DNA of 64,000 bases, taken from Eledone cirrhosa. Taxonomy: Eukaryota. A program made the translations under genes and the position numbers. This document shows positions 1 to 12,117 of this stretch, piece after piece; positions within the stretch are counted from its first letter, which is position 1, and each line of letters begins with the position of its first letter. Location of the stretch: NCBI GenBank assembly GCA_964016885.1, contig OZ024748.1:20522001-20586000 (forward strand), written 5' to 3'. Under the pieces are notes generated by a model. It was not told the DNA's origin. It saw only the letters and a program-made list of their open reading frames with translations, and did not search any database.

Positions 1-263
1 ACAGCTCTGATACTATGGGCATGTGGTTAGAATATCTCAGGAAAGAATCACTGGACAGATTTTATGGCCAAAATCAATTGGCAGGAGACCCGAGGGTAGA
101 CCCCGAGCAAGATGGTTGGATAACATCCATGAGCTTGGCTGGTCTCACTTGGGGATCAAGCTGGATCAGTTGAAAACAGTTGCTTGTGACAGGACCCACT
201 GGAAAGAATGTTTGGGGACTCTTCCACCACAGCCCTCTTAAGAATAAGTTGGCAAAGAAGAAG
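1..263 (+). mobile_element. RTE-clade LINE 3' end; same family at 2420-2585 (+) and 24785-25200 (-)
   Basis: GRRPEGRPRARWLD...DRTHW, (AAG)n tail. Confidence 0.8.
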
Positions 264-657
264 AGTGTATTTCATTAGAAATTTGATGATGAAAAGTTTA
301 AACCAGGAGACAGATTGTCTTCAGTGATGTCCAATATGTTGGGAGAATTAAGATTAAATCAAATTTTCTGTCTACTTCTCAATAGTTTTTGGAGAACATG
401 ATATGGGTCATGATTATTGACACGCCATCTCTGACTCAGCAAAAGTAAAAGAAAACTAATCGTCTGTTAAAATATAAGTGATTGTGTTTGTATGGATGTG
501 TGTATATGTGAGTGGCTATATGGGTTTGTGTATATGTGTATCTTTATTTGTGTATATGTGTCTATATATGTGTGTATATAACGAAGGAAATGTGGTAAGG
601 AACCAGGTGGACCATAACGCACCAAAGTACTCAATACTTGAGGTAGTAGAGTGGGTA

Positions 658-773
658 ATAGGAACCAGTAAGACCCCGACAGCTGAGCTCAAGCCGTTTC
701 GACGGCTAATTCTGGACACAATTAGCCGTTGAAACGGCTTGAGCTCAGCTGTCGGGGTCTTACTGGTTCCTAT
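658..773. repeat. 54-bp-arm fold-back containing the 3' half of a hammerhead
   Basis: Arms 658-711 and 720-773, one G-T mismatch, 8-nt loop. Confidence 0.9.
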
Positions 774-3106
774 GTGTGTATATATATGTGTGTGTGTATA
801 TAAGGGTGTATATATATATGTGTGTGTGTATATAAGGGTGTGTGTATATGTGTGTGTATATATGTGTGTATAAGGGTGTGTGTATACGTGTGTGGGTATA
901 TATGTGTGTGTGTGTGTGTATGTTTATGTGTGTATATGTGTGTCTATATATGTGCGTGTATATATATGTGTGTGTGGGGGGGGGGGTGCATGTGTGTATG
1001 TGTGTATGTGTTTGTATTTATATGTATGTGTGCGTGTTGTGAATATGTGCATTTGTATGTGTGTGTGTTGTATGTTTGTATGTGTATATATGACTGTTGT
1101 GTGTTGTATGTTTGTATGTGTATATATGACTGTTGTGTGTGTGTGTATGTGTATATATCAGTGTGTGTGTTTGTATGTATATATATCTGTGTGTGTGTGT
1201 TTATATGTGTATATATCAGTGTGTGTGTGTTTGTATGTGTATATATCAGTGTGTGTGTTGTACGTGTATATATGACTTGAGTGCATGTTTGTATGTGTAT
1301 ATATCAGTGTGTGTGTTGTACGTGTATATATGACTTGTGTGCATGTTTGTATGTGTATATATCAGTGTGTGTGTTGTACGTGTATATATGACTTGAGTGC
1401 ATGTTTGTATGTGTATATATCAGTGTGTTGTGTGTGTGTTTGTATGTGTATATATGACTGTTGTGTGTGTGTTTGTATGTGTATATATCAGTGTGGTGTG
1501 TGTGTGTGTTTGTATGTGTATATATCAGTGTCTGTGTGTTTGTATGTATGTATATATATGAGTGCGTGTGGTGTGTGGGTGTGTTTGTATGTATATATAT
1601 ATATAACTGTTGTGTGTGTGTTTGTATGTATATACATGAGTGTGTATGATGTGTGTTTAACTTCATTCTGGGTCAGTGATCACCACTGCCTCACATTTAT
1701 TCATGTTATTTATTTTATTTATTTATTCATTTTATACCTCCACTGTTCAAGAGTAACTTGACATTGGTTGCAGGTTTTAAACAGACAATTACTTCTTTCA
1801 TTGCTATCATCATCATCATCATCATCATCATCATTGTCATCATCATCGTTGTTGTCAATGTCTATTTTCTATACTGGCAAGTGTGAAATAGGTTGTGGTC
1901 TTGCTCATACAGATTTGTTTGTGGTTTGCTTTCTACAGCTAGCTGCCCTTCCTAATGTTAATCACTACCACCTTACCTCTGCTTTACACCTTTAGCATTT
2001 AAGCCAGATGTATCTAACCAGAATTTTCTCATTTCTTTCTGTTCAAACTGGTCATAACTGGCCACTCATACTGATGTTAAGGTATTATTCTCAAAATAAA
2101 TAATATCAAAATTTCATAGATTCAATAATATGTGAGATAATTATGTGAGGTAAAGCCTTTATCACAAAAATACTATAGTATATATAGAGTAATATAATAA
2201 GCAGACACAATGATGATGATGGATGATGGTTTGTCTGAGAAAGAAGATTAGAATGGAGGTTTTTACACACAAACTGTGAAAAATACCACCCCTTGCTCAT
2301 CAATAAAAGATGGTGACAGGGTGTGAGATTAAAAGAAACTTTGAAATCAAAGTCAATATTTTGGTGTGTTAAGCAGTTTCACTTGGTGACAGAACTTTTA
2401 AGACAATGAAAACTAGGGATTGATCCCGAACAAGATGGTTGAATAACATCTATGAGCTCAGCTGGTCTCACTTGGGGACTCAGCTGGATCAAATGGAGAG
2501 GGTTACTTCTGACAGGACCCTCTGGAAGATGTGTTTGAGTACTCTGCCCTTATGACCTTCTCGGGAATAAGTGGGCGAAGAAGAAAATTAAATAATAGAT
2601 ATTCCTGCACAACACAGTATATATTAGAAAATATAAGATAAATTTGATGTAGATATAATTACAGTTGTAAATCCTTAAACCTTGATGTGATAAGGAATAA
2701 ATCTAAAGAGACTTATTTTCTTTGAACATAAAAATGTAAGACATTGCCTTTAAATGTTTCACAGCTAGTTGGTTGTTTATCAGAAGACAGAGAAAACCTA
2801 GAATTCATTCCAGTACTCTGCGCTTTGAGGTCAAATCTTACCAAGGTTAACTTTGCCTTTCATCCTTACAGGTTCGATGAAATAAAGTACCAATAATGCA
2901 CTTGGGGCAATTTAATTGACTTTCTCCTCCCCCAAATTTTTGGCCTTGTGCCTAAATCAGAAAGAATTATTGTAAGGTAGAAAAAAACAGGATGGTCATG
3001 ACTGGAAGTCTTCAGACAATAGATCTGTTCAATCAAGCCTGAAGTTATAGGATAAATACAAACAACAACAAAAATAAATGAATGAAATATTTTTTTGTTT
3101 GCCTAC

Positions 3107-3277
3107 CTGTCAATAAAAATGGGGAAACGTATTCGAATGGGATAACCCCATTTGCGAATATTGATGGTTTGTAAAATGCCAGTATATTTTAGTTGTTCCA
3201 TCACAGTCTCAGACTTAAATAACATTGCTGATTTGGTATTGTTTGGTTTGATGCAGCGAACAAAGTAAGGATTACAC
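3107..3277 (-). CDS. Myosin exon 16 (CNPYFVRCIKPN...QLKYTGILQTINIRKWGYPIR); gene continues beyond position 1
   Basis: AG/GT boundaries, phase 2-2; FVRCIKPN motif. Confidence 0.96.
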
Positions 3278-3924
3278 CTGGTAACGAGGAGAGAGAGAGA
3301 GAGACATTAAATAATGAGGATAAGATAACGATGTATTAATCTATTAAGTTGATACCAACAAGACTTTCTTAATGAAGTAAATGGAAGATTTTCAAGCTAT
3401 ACTTAATGTCTTCTAATGTTGGGATTGTAGGATAACTAAAGGTACAATTAGGTGTGGCTGACTATATATATATATATATATATATATCATCATCATTATT
3501 TCATTTTACGTCCGCTTTTCCCTGCTTGCAAGGGTGGGACGGGAACTGGTTCTGGCTTGATTTCCACAGCTGGATGCCCTTCCTAACACCAACCTCATTT
3601 ACAGTGAGTGCTGGGTGCTTTTTTTGCCATGGCACCTCCACGACCACTTTGCAGTGGAATGATAGGGACCCCTGTCCCTATCATCTCATTTCTACAGCTG
3701 AGTAAACTGGAGCAATGTGAAATAAAGTGTCTTGCTCAAGGAAACAACACATCACCCATTCTGAGAATTGAACTCGCAACCTTTCGATTGCAAGGCCAAT
3801 GCTCTAACCACTAAGCCATGTGCCTTCATATATATATATACTGAAGTGTTACGTAAAAATATCCAAGAGTAAGAGCACTCAGTCCATAGGACGAGTTTAG
3901 TATAATTTGTTTTCCATTTTTCTC

Positions 3925-3986
3925 GTGAGAGGCTGAAGAAATTGGGACCCAGAACCCAACGAAACTTGGCTACCTGTTTATGTCAC
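3925..3986 (+). ncRNA. Degenerate hammerhead-like motif in a short insert between (TA)n arrays
   Basis: AGG-CTGAAGA-A-ATTGGG..CCCAAC-GAAA-cttggc-TA-CCT; stem III imperfect. Confidence 0.5.
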
Positions 3987-4254
3987 TGTTGTAATTATAT
4001 ATATATATATATATATAATGGGAGAGATGACCCCTTAGCCTTTGTCAAGGCAGAATTCTAGGAGAAGGAAAACTCTGATATAACACCTGCAACCCTGATG
4101 GTATCCAATGATGTTGACTTGTTCTTCTTTTTGGTAAATATCATCTTGGTTAAGAGAGTGGGACTGGCTTTGTGCAGTGCCTTTGCTCACTATAAAAGCT
4201 TCATGGCACAGGCATTGCTTTATATCTGGAGATCTCTCTGCACTTGTCGTCACA

Positions 4255-4430
4255 TGGTACCATGGGCCCAGCACTATGTGTCAATAATTGTCACAAGTGT
4301 AGTGTTTGTACCAGAGTTTTCAAGTCGCTGGCTGGACTAAAAAGTCACACTCGTTCAGCGCATCAGTAGGGGTTCTCCTACATGGATATAAAGTAGTGGC
4401 CGTACTCGAAAACGAGTTGGCAGCCACCAT
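4255..4430 (+). mobile_element. LINE 3' end with C2H2 motif and terminal hairpin; related copy at 38553-38885 (-)
   Basis: CSVCTRVFKSLAGLKSHTRSAH*; second copy reads LAGLKSHIRS; shared TGGCCRTACTCG..CGAG..GGCAGCCA tail. Confidence 0.65.
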
Positions 4431-4456
4431 ATATATATATATATATATATATATAT

Positions 4457-5140
4457 CAAAGGTATATATTGAGTTAGAAACTCAAAATACCCTCTTACAA
4501 TTAAATAGCTCAAGGAAAGAGATTTTTCTGAGCCGTGTAATATAATTGAATATAAAAGAGAGATAAACACAGACATATACATATAGGGGTTCAAATCATA
4601 AGGGACCAGATTCGCAGATGCCCCAGTATTGGTTTGTATTTATTTTCTTGATGTATTCTTTTAAATTGAGTCTGACAAACCCTATTGTTCATAGTTAGTA
4701 TTTTTTCCACCCTAATGAATCTGGTCCCTTACGATTTGAACACATATATGTATATATCTGTGTTCATCTCTCTTTTATAGTCAATTATATATATATATAT
4801 ATATATATCAAAGGTATATATTGAGTTAGAAACTCAAAATAGCCTCTTACAATTAAATAGCTCAAGGAAAGAGATTTTTCTGAGCCGTGTAATATAATTG
4901 AATATAAAAGAGAGATAAACACAGACATATACATATAGGGGTTCAAATCATAAGGGACCAGATTCGCAGATGCCCCAGTATTGGTTTGTATTTATTTTCT
5001 TGATGTATTCTTTTAAATTGAGTCTGACAAACCCTATTGTTCATAGTTAGTATTTTTTCCACCCTAATGAATCTGGTCCCTTACGATTTGAACACATATA
5101 TGTATATATCTGTGTTCATCTCTCTTTTATAGTCAATTAT
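4457..5140. repeat. Tandem duplication (period 352 bp) of a unit with ~70-bp imperfect internal inverted repeats, separated by (TA)n
   Basis: 4457-4790 and 4809-5140 nearly identical. Confidence 0.9.
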
Positions 5141-5628
5141 ATATATATATATATATATATATCATCATCATCACCACCGTTTTACGTCCGTTCTTCCACG
5201 CTAGCATGGGTTAGATGGGTTGTCCTGTTGTGGGCAGTGTCTGGTCGGCTGACCATGCCTTGCTCATACAGGAACTGATTTGGCTTGATTTCTACAGCTG
5301 GATGCCCTTCCTAACACCGACCTCATCTACAGTGAGTGCTGGGTGCTTTTTCGCGGCGCCTACACATCCACTTTACAGTGTGGGCTGGGTGCTTTTTTGC
5401 CGTGGCACCTCCACGACCACCTTGCAGGTGTATATATATATAAATTTCCCTAAAATTGTAGGATTCTCAGCATGATGGGTAGGTGTAAACAGCTGATTAC
5501 TATGTGTATAGCAAAATATCGGGTTAAGATACAACTGCATATTGAGCAGAGGGACAAACGTTTTCAATTAATGTGTGTGTGTATATATATACACACACAC
5601 ACACATACACATACAAAAGGATGACCGT

Positions 5629-5710
<82 letters not shown>

Positions 5711-5834
5711 GGTCATCCTTTTGTATGTGTATGTGTGTGTGTGTGTATATATACACACACATACATACAATATATATATATATATATATACACACACATA
5801 CATACAAAAGGATGATTGTGTGTGTGTGTGTGTG

Positions 5835-5874
<40 letters not shown>

Positions 5875-5884
5875 AAAGGATGAC

Positions 5885-5934
<50 letters not shown>

Positions 5935-5959
5935 CACACACACACACATACATACATAC

Positions 5960-6100
5960 ATACAAAAGGATGATTGTATGATGCCTGTGTACGAAGTGTG
6001 ATTCTGCATGGTAGTGAAACATGGGCTGTGACTGCAAAGGACATGCGTAGACTGGAGAGAAATGAAGCAACCATGCTTCCTTGGATGTGCAGAGTGGAGA
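5960..6100 (+). mobile_element. RTE-like ORF2 fragment
   Basis: LYDACVRSVILHGSETWAV...RLERNE..ML.WMC. Confidence 0.65.
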
Positions 6101-6218
6101 TGGAGGTAATATATGCTATAAAAATTGTGCTGTAGTATAGTAGCAGTGGTGTGTTGCGTTTGTTTGAGTTATCATATATGTATGTATATGTGAGGTTTAT
6201 ATCAGAAGCCTTACTCAC

Positions 6219-6373
6219 TGTTTCATGGTATATACAAGGGAGGCAAGACTCTCATTGAACTGTGCAGAGACTGTTGGTGTCTTTGGTTTCATTGTGACAT
6301 AACGACCTGTGTTCTTACTCAGTGTCTTTGGAAGCAATCGTCCTCTCATGTCCTCAAACATTTGACGGATTAT
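6219..6373 (-). CDS. Myosin exon 15 (loop 2, ...GRYVTMKPKTPTVSAQFNESLASLVYTMK)
   Basis: AG/GT boundaries, phase 0-2; PTV..QF..SL motif. Confidence 0.93.
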
Positions 6374-8227
6374 CTACATGAAGTGATGTAAAGAACAAAA
6401 AATAATAAAACATCATAGAGACAGTAGTATAGTTAATATGAAACATTGTAAGATATGTAATAAGGAAGAATACATCGATCAGTCATTTTTGTTTGGAACT
6501 GTTTCCATTTCACATTTGAAAAGAGGAGTATAGCCCTGAAATATCATGCAAAAATATCCTGAGTAAAACATTACTTTGTTTTGTTTTATTTCATCCTTTG
6601 CCCTTTATATATTTATTGCTACTGCATTGTACCATCTTTTTAAAACTTATCAGTCATCTTAGAGACAATTAGAAGCTTCAATAGGACAAAGGTTTAGATA
6701 AATTAACAAAATAGCCCTAATGAATCTTGTAATTAGAATGGACTTGGCTGGTTATATAATACATAGCAATGGTGAAATATCTGATGAGTTAGAAAGTGAT
6801 ATAAGAGAGTTTATAAAAAACAGAAGTAAAAGAAGGTGGTGGGAATATTAGAAAGAGTTGTTAGTGATGGACAGAGAGAGAGGGGGAGAGACGAAATCAC
6901 CTGAAATCACAGCTCGCTCTATGATACAAAACTTGATAATATTATGTAAGAACCTTTGTTAGGTTATGTTCCAAATACCATCTTAAAATTGAGAAGTTAT
7001 TTTACTAAATCCCTTCAAATTATTGAGTCATCATCATCATCATTATCATCATCATCGTTGTTTAACATCCATTCTTTTCCTGCTAGCAAGGGTTGGACAT
7101 GTCATCATAGACTGTAAGTATTTTATCGTAGCAGCAACACTTGAAAGGATGTCATGTCCTTGGTATAGCTGAAGAGTCTTCTGAAACGTTTGTTTAGTAG
7201 GTTTTCTACATCTGAATGTCCTTCCTATCACCAACCACCTCACAGAAGTGTACTGAGTGATTGTTTATTGTGTGGATCACCAACACTAGAGAGGTTGTTA
7301 GGTCTATGGCACAACTGAAGTGTCCTCGTCACTCTTTGTTTGGCAGAGGTTGTTAGGTCTATGGCACAACTGAAGTGTCCTCGTCACTCTTTGTTTGGCA
7401 AGTTTTCTATGGCTCAATAACCTTCTTATGACCAACCACTTTACAGAGTGTACTAGGTGCATTTATTGTGTAGATCACCAACAACTGAGAGGCTGTCATG
7501 CCTCTGGAACAACTAGAGTTCCTCTTGGCTATTTAAGGCATGGTTTCTACAGTGGGGTGCCCTTTCTATCATCAGCCACCTTATAGAGTATGCTGGGGGC
7601 ATTTACCAAGACACCAGCGCTAAAGAGGATATCATCATTGACTCAACTGAAGAGCTTTCTCTACCCTACAGGTAGAGGCAGGGTTATACCGCGGATGTAG
7701 TGGTATGTCATGGGCAGGCAGGTGCCAAATATGAAGAGATTTGACAGGGGTAGTGGATGGGAAGGGAAACCTCCAGCAGTGTGGAAGGTACTGTGGTGAT
7801 AACAGGTACTAGAGGAGGTTGGCGACTATGACTGGTATGTCAAGGTTTAGCAGGAGGTGGGGTGGTATATCTAGAATAGAATGAGAGGGTGTGTGTGAAA
7901 ATCCCAGGCTGTGTATTTCGTTGGAAATAAGCTAACAATAGGATTAAATATAACATTGCATGATCTGATTAGATAAGAATCTAACTTGAGAAATCTATGT
8001 CTTTTACAAAGTTCCTCCAAACATGATATGGTCCTGTAGATTTATTTTTGTGATTCACTAGACTGCTGAGGAATATATTTGGCTTTATAAAAGCACAACT
8101 AAAAAAAATCGATTTCTACAGCAGAAAATATAGTAGGAAAGAATGATGATGATGATGATGAGAATGATGATGATGATGATGACGGTGGTGATGATGAGAA
8201 CAGTAATGAGAATGATGACGGTGGTGA

Positions 8228-8264
<37 letters not shown>

Positions 8265-8534
8265 TGTGGTGATAATGAGAATGATGGTGGTGGTGGTGGT
8301 GGTGGAGGTGATGATCATGATGGTGGTGGTGGTGATGATCATGCTGATGGTGGTGGTGGTGTTGGCAATAGTGATGATGATGATGAGGAAGAGGAGGAAG
8401 CTGTTGCTGTTTCTATAACAGCACTAATCTAAATAAGATCTAAGATACCTCCACATGAACAGAATTAGTGAAAGGAATCTGTTGGAAATGGTTTTTCAGA
8501 AGAAAAAAAAAATCATTTCTAAACAGCAACTTAC

Positions 8535-8612
8535 AGAATTCTTGCTTTCACACAGCAATTCAATGACATCACTCTGGAGTGTGTCCTTGTTTTTCTCCAA
8601 ATATGATTTGGC
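8535..8612 (-). CDS. Myosin exon 14 (AKSYLEKNKDTLQSDVIELLCESKNS)
   Basis: AG/GT boundaries, phase 0-0; LEKNKD motif. Confidence 0.95.
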
Positions 8613-9390
8613 CTGCAATGAACAAATAAAAATAGATATTAAAATCTGGTTGATTTAATAACCCTTTAGCATTTTTAAACTGGCCATATCTGGCCAGAAT
8701 TCTCTCAGCTCTTTCAGTTCAAACCGGCTGAAACCAGCCACTCATGCTTATGCTAAGGTATTGTTCTAAAAATAAATATCAAAATCTCATTGATTCGATA
8801 TTATGTGAGATATTATGTAAGATAAAATCTTTACCATGAAAATACAATAGCATATATAGAGTAATGTAAAGGCTAAAGGGTTAAGAAATATTAGGAAAAT
8901 TTGAAATTTTGAAAGCAGTATTCTAAGCATAAATGATTATAACTATAGTTGATGATTTCTCAATTGTCATTTATAGTCAAGTAAATTATCCCTGGAGACA
9001 CCAAAATTGGACAGAGGCACCTCACAAATATATATAGTGATCAACTGTAAGGTGGTCATGTAGGTGTCACAACTTAAAGCACTCAGCCCACACTGTAAAG
9101 TTATTGTGTAGGTGTCACAACTTAAAGCACTCAGCCCACACTGTAAAGTTGTTGTGTAGGTGTGACAACCAAAAGCACCCAGCCCACATTGTAAAGTGGT
9201 AATGTAGGAGTCATGACAAAAAACACACTGTAAAGTTGTTGTGTAGGTGTCACAACTAAAAGCACCCAGCCCACACTGTAAAGAACATCCAGCCCACACT
9301 GTAAAGTTTCACAATGGGACAACATGTCTAACACATGCTAGCATGGAAAATGGACATTAAACAATGATGATAATGATGATGATGACTTAC

Positions 9391-9516
9391 ATTATATGTT
9401 ACTTTGCCAGCATAATGGTGAATAATGAACTCCATACTGGACATCCTTGGTTTCTCGTAGTTATTGTTCATGGCATGTTCATAATGACATTTCTCTAAGA
9501 AAGACTTGTCAGAGGC
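9391..9516 (-). CDS. Myosin exon 13 (ASDKSFLEKC...FIIHHYAGKVTYN)
   Basis: AG/GT boundaries, phase 0-0; HYAGxVxY motif. Confidence 0.95.
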
Positions 9517-9980
9517 CTGGAATAGTCAAATCATATTTACATTAATATTTTGTAGAACACAGTTCTCATTTTAGTATATATGGATGTAGGGGTGTCACTA
9601 CATACAACGGGTATCACACCATGCAAAGAATGTCACACCATACACAGGATGTCACACCATACAGGGGATGTCACACCATACAAGGAATGTTACAGCAAAC
9701 AAGGGATGTCACACAATACAAGGGATGTCACAACATGCAAGGGATGTTACAACATGCAAGGGATGTTGGGATGTCACAACATACAAGGGATGTTTGGATG
9801 TAACAGAAGTAATATAGGAGTATCACACCATACAGTGGATGTAGGGATGTCACAACATGCAAGGGATGTTGGGATGTTACAACATACAAGGGATGTTTGG
9901 ATGTAACAGAAGTAATATAGGAGTATCACACCATACAGTGGATGTAGGGATGTCGCAACAGAGAGCAAAGATTACAATAC

Positions 9981-10208
9981 CTTTGGAAAGTTACACTCAT
10001 CATCAAGGATATGAAAGATACCAGCTGGCTTGCTGCTGATTAAAGAAATAAGATCCTGGTTGTTTGGGAAATCAATTTGTGTCCAACTGATCCGTTCCTT
10101 CTTATATTCCTTCTGTTCCATGAGGAAGATACATTCATTGAAGAAACTCTGTAAGGTCTCATTTGCATAATTTATGCACAACTGTTCAAAACTGTTCAAA
10201 GATATGTC
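9981..10208 (-). CDS. Myosin exon 12 (relay helix [13 protein letters not shown]...LDDECNFPK)
   Basis: ORF track 9972..10199; AG/GT boundaries, phase 0-0. Confidence 0.96.
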
Positions 10209-10376
10209 CTGTGAAGAAGAAAGGAAATATAGAATGTAAACAAATATTCAAATATGCCAGATATCTTTTCGTCATTTCTGGAGCAAACTTGATCCCAGAA
10301 TGGTGAAAGAAGAAATTAACCCCAAAAGGATCTGCAAACTCTGCCCATCTGCTGTTTTTATATTCAGTCCAATACA

Positions 10377-10833
10377 TTAAACCTTCAGCATTTAAACTGG
10401 CCATATCTGGCCAGAATTCTCTCACATCTTTCTCTTCAAACCAGCTGCAGCCAGCTGTAACTGGTCGCTCATACTTATTTTAACCCTTTAGCATTACATT
10501 ACTCTATATTTACTATTGTATTTTCACAGTAAAAGCTTTACCTCACAATTATCTCACATAGTACCGAATCTATGAGATTTTTATATTTCTTTTAAGAAAA
10601 ATACCTTAACATCAATATGAACGTCCACTTACAGCCGGTTTGAAGAGAAAGTGGTGAGAGAATTCTGGCCGGATATAGCCAGTTTAAATGTTAAAGGGTT
10701 AAAGATTTTTCTCAAAATAAATACTATCAAAATCTCATAGCTTCGATATTATGTGAGATAATTATGTGAGATAAAGCCTTTACCATGAAAATACAATAGT
10801 AAATATAGAGTAATGTAAAAGCTAAAGGGTTAA
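10377..10833. mobile_element. piggyBac-type (TTAA|CCC) MITE with a second copy nested at 10480-10702; other copies 1987-2190, 8659-8883, 13768-13983, 33428-33635
   Basis: CCCTTTAGC termini with TTAA flanks, ~210-bp conserved body. Confidence 0.8.
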
Positions 10834-10941
10834 TACAATAAGATACATTAATATAATAAAATATATTAATATAGTAATATATATTAACACAATAAAAAAC
10901 GATAATCCAACAGTTGATGTTAAAATGAGAAATAACCTTAC

Positions 10942-11071
10942 TTCGAATCCAAAAATATCCAAGAGAGCCATTGATGTCACTTTTTCTCGAGGAGACCTGT
11001 ATACAATCTGGTTTATTCGTTCCACCAACCAAGTGAAAAGTCGACAATAAAGGGCTTTAGCTATGGCATCC
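10942..11071 (-). CDS. Myosin exon 11 (RDAIAKALY...switch II LLDIFGFE)
   Basis: AG/GT boundaries, phase 2-0. Confidence 0.96.
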
Positions 11072-11268
11072 CTGTAATGGTAAATCAATCAATGGTTAAT
11101 CAATGATTAGTATGTAAGTATATTATCTGTATATCATATGTTAACTTATTAGTATAAAGTATATTATATGTTAACTTAACATATGATATAACTTATACTA
11201 ACTTAGTATAAATTATGTCATGTTAACTTCGTATAAAGTATATTATATGTTAACATATTAGAATAAAG

Positions 11269-11608
11269 CAGTGGTTCCCAAAGTGGGTTCCATAAAAAAA
11301 GGTAGAGGAGTATATTTATATTACGACTATATAACATTATTAGACTTTGGGCGGTGAATTGGCAGTATTAGTAGAGGGTCAGACATGCTTTCCAGCGTAG
11401 TGACGTCCCTTTACGATCTGAGTTCAAATCCCGCCGAGGTTAACTTTGCCTTTCACCCTTACGGGGTCGATAAAATAAAGTACCAGTAATGCACTGGGTA
11501 ATTGCTGGCCTTGTGCCAATAGTAGAAACAATTATTAGACTTTGGGGTTCCTCCAAAAGTTTCTGAACCAAAAAGGGTTCCGCATTTAAAAAGGTTTGTG
11601 AAACCCTG
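11269..11608. mobile_element. hAT-like MITE interrupted by a SINE
   Basis: CAGTGGTTCCCAAA / GGTTTGTGAAACCCTG termini; degenerate 8-bp flanks GAATAAAG / GTATAAAC. Confidence 0.6.
11348..11535 (+). mobile_element. tRNA-derived SINE family A (central domain resembles the MetaSINE domain); many copies, e.g. 2820-2970, 16925-17925, 22190-23675, 31730-32200, 33860-34160
   Basis: A/B boxes (GAGTTCAAATCC), TTGCCTTTCAYCCTTACGGGGTCGATAAAAT core, (ATT)n tail, ~16-bp TSD ATTATTAGACTTTGGG. Confidence 0.85.
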
Positions 11609-12058
11609 GTATAAACTATATACTATGTTAACCTGTATTAATATATTATCATTGTATAATATGTTAACCTAACTTATTAATTAGTAAATGGTGCATTGTA
11701 TTTGTGAGGTTTTTAGCAATAGTTAATGGTATTTGCTAGATGTGTTTATATTTTCATTCTAAAAGAATTCTGAGAAATTTGTAATATTATTTATGTACAT
11801 ATTTAAAACTTAATAAATAATTTATTTGCCTCTAATATTAGTATATCATCACTATATTATATGTTAACAACACAATATATTAGTATATTATATACTCAGT
11901 ATATAAATATGGTGTTTGGAACATTACTTAAAGGTTCTTACATAAAATGATGATGCAATTTTTAAAGATAAATATAACCACTGTAAATTATACAGTATTT
12001 TGTTGTATAACCAGGTGCAACTTGGGCTGGTTTAGTACTGAAAGGGTTAAGTACTTAC

Positions 12059-12117
12059 CTTGCATCTTGTGCTTGAGCAATTGTGAATGGAGTGACAAGT
12101 CTTTCATCTCGGGCTTC
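12059..12117 (-). CDS. Myosin exon 10 (EARDERLVTPFTIAQAQDA)
   Basis: AG/GT boundaries, phase 0-2; joins to give QAxDARDA. Confidence 0.92.

Noticed and set aside
350-470. Possible next myosin exon on the minus strand
   Set aside because: The acceptor-compatible frame hits a stop and no converter-domain motif was recognisable
6776-6802. CTGATGA-GTTA-GAAA
   Set aside because: No room for stem II and no valid stem III or cleavage site
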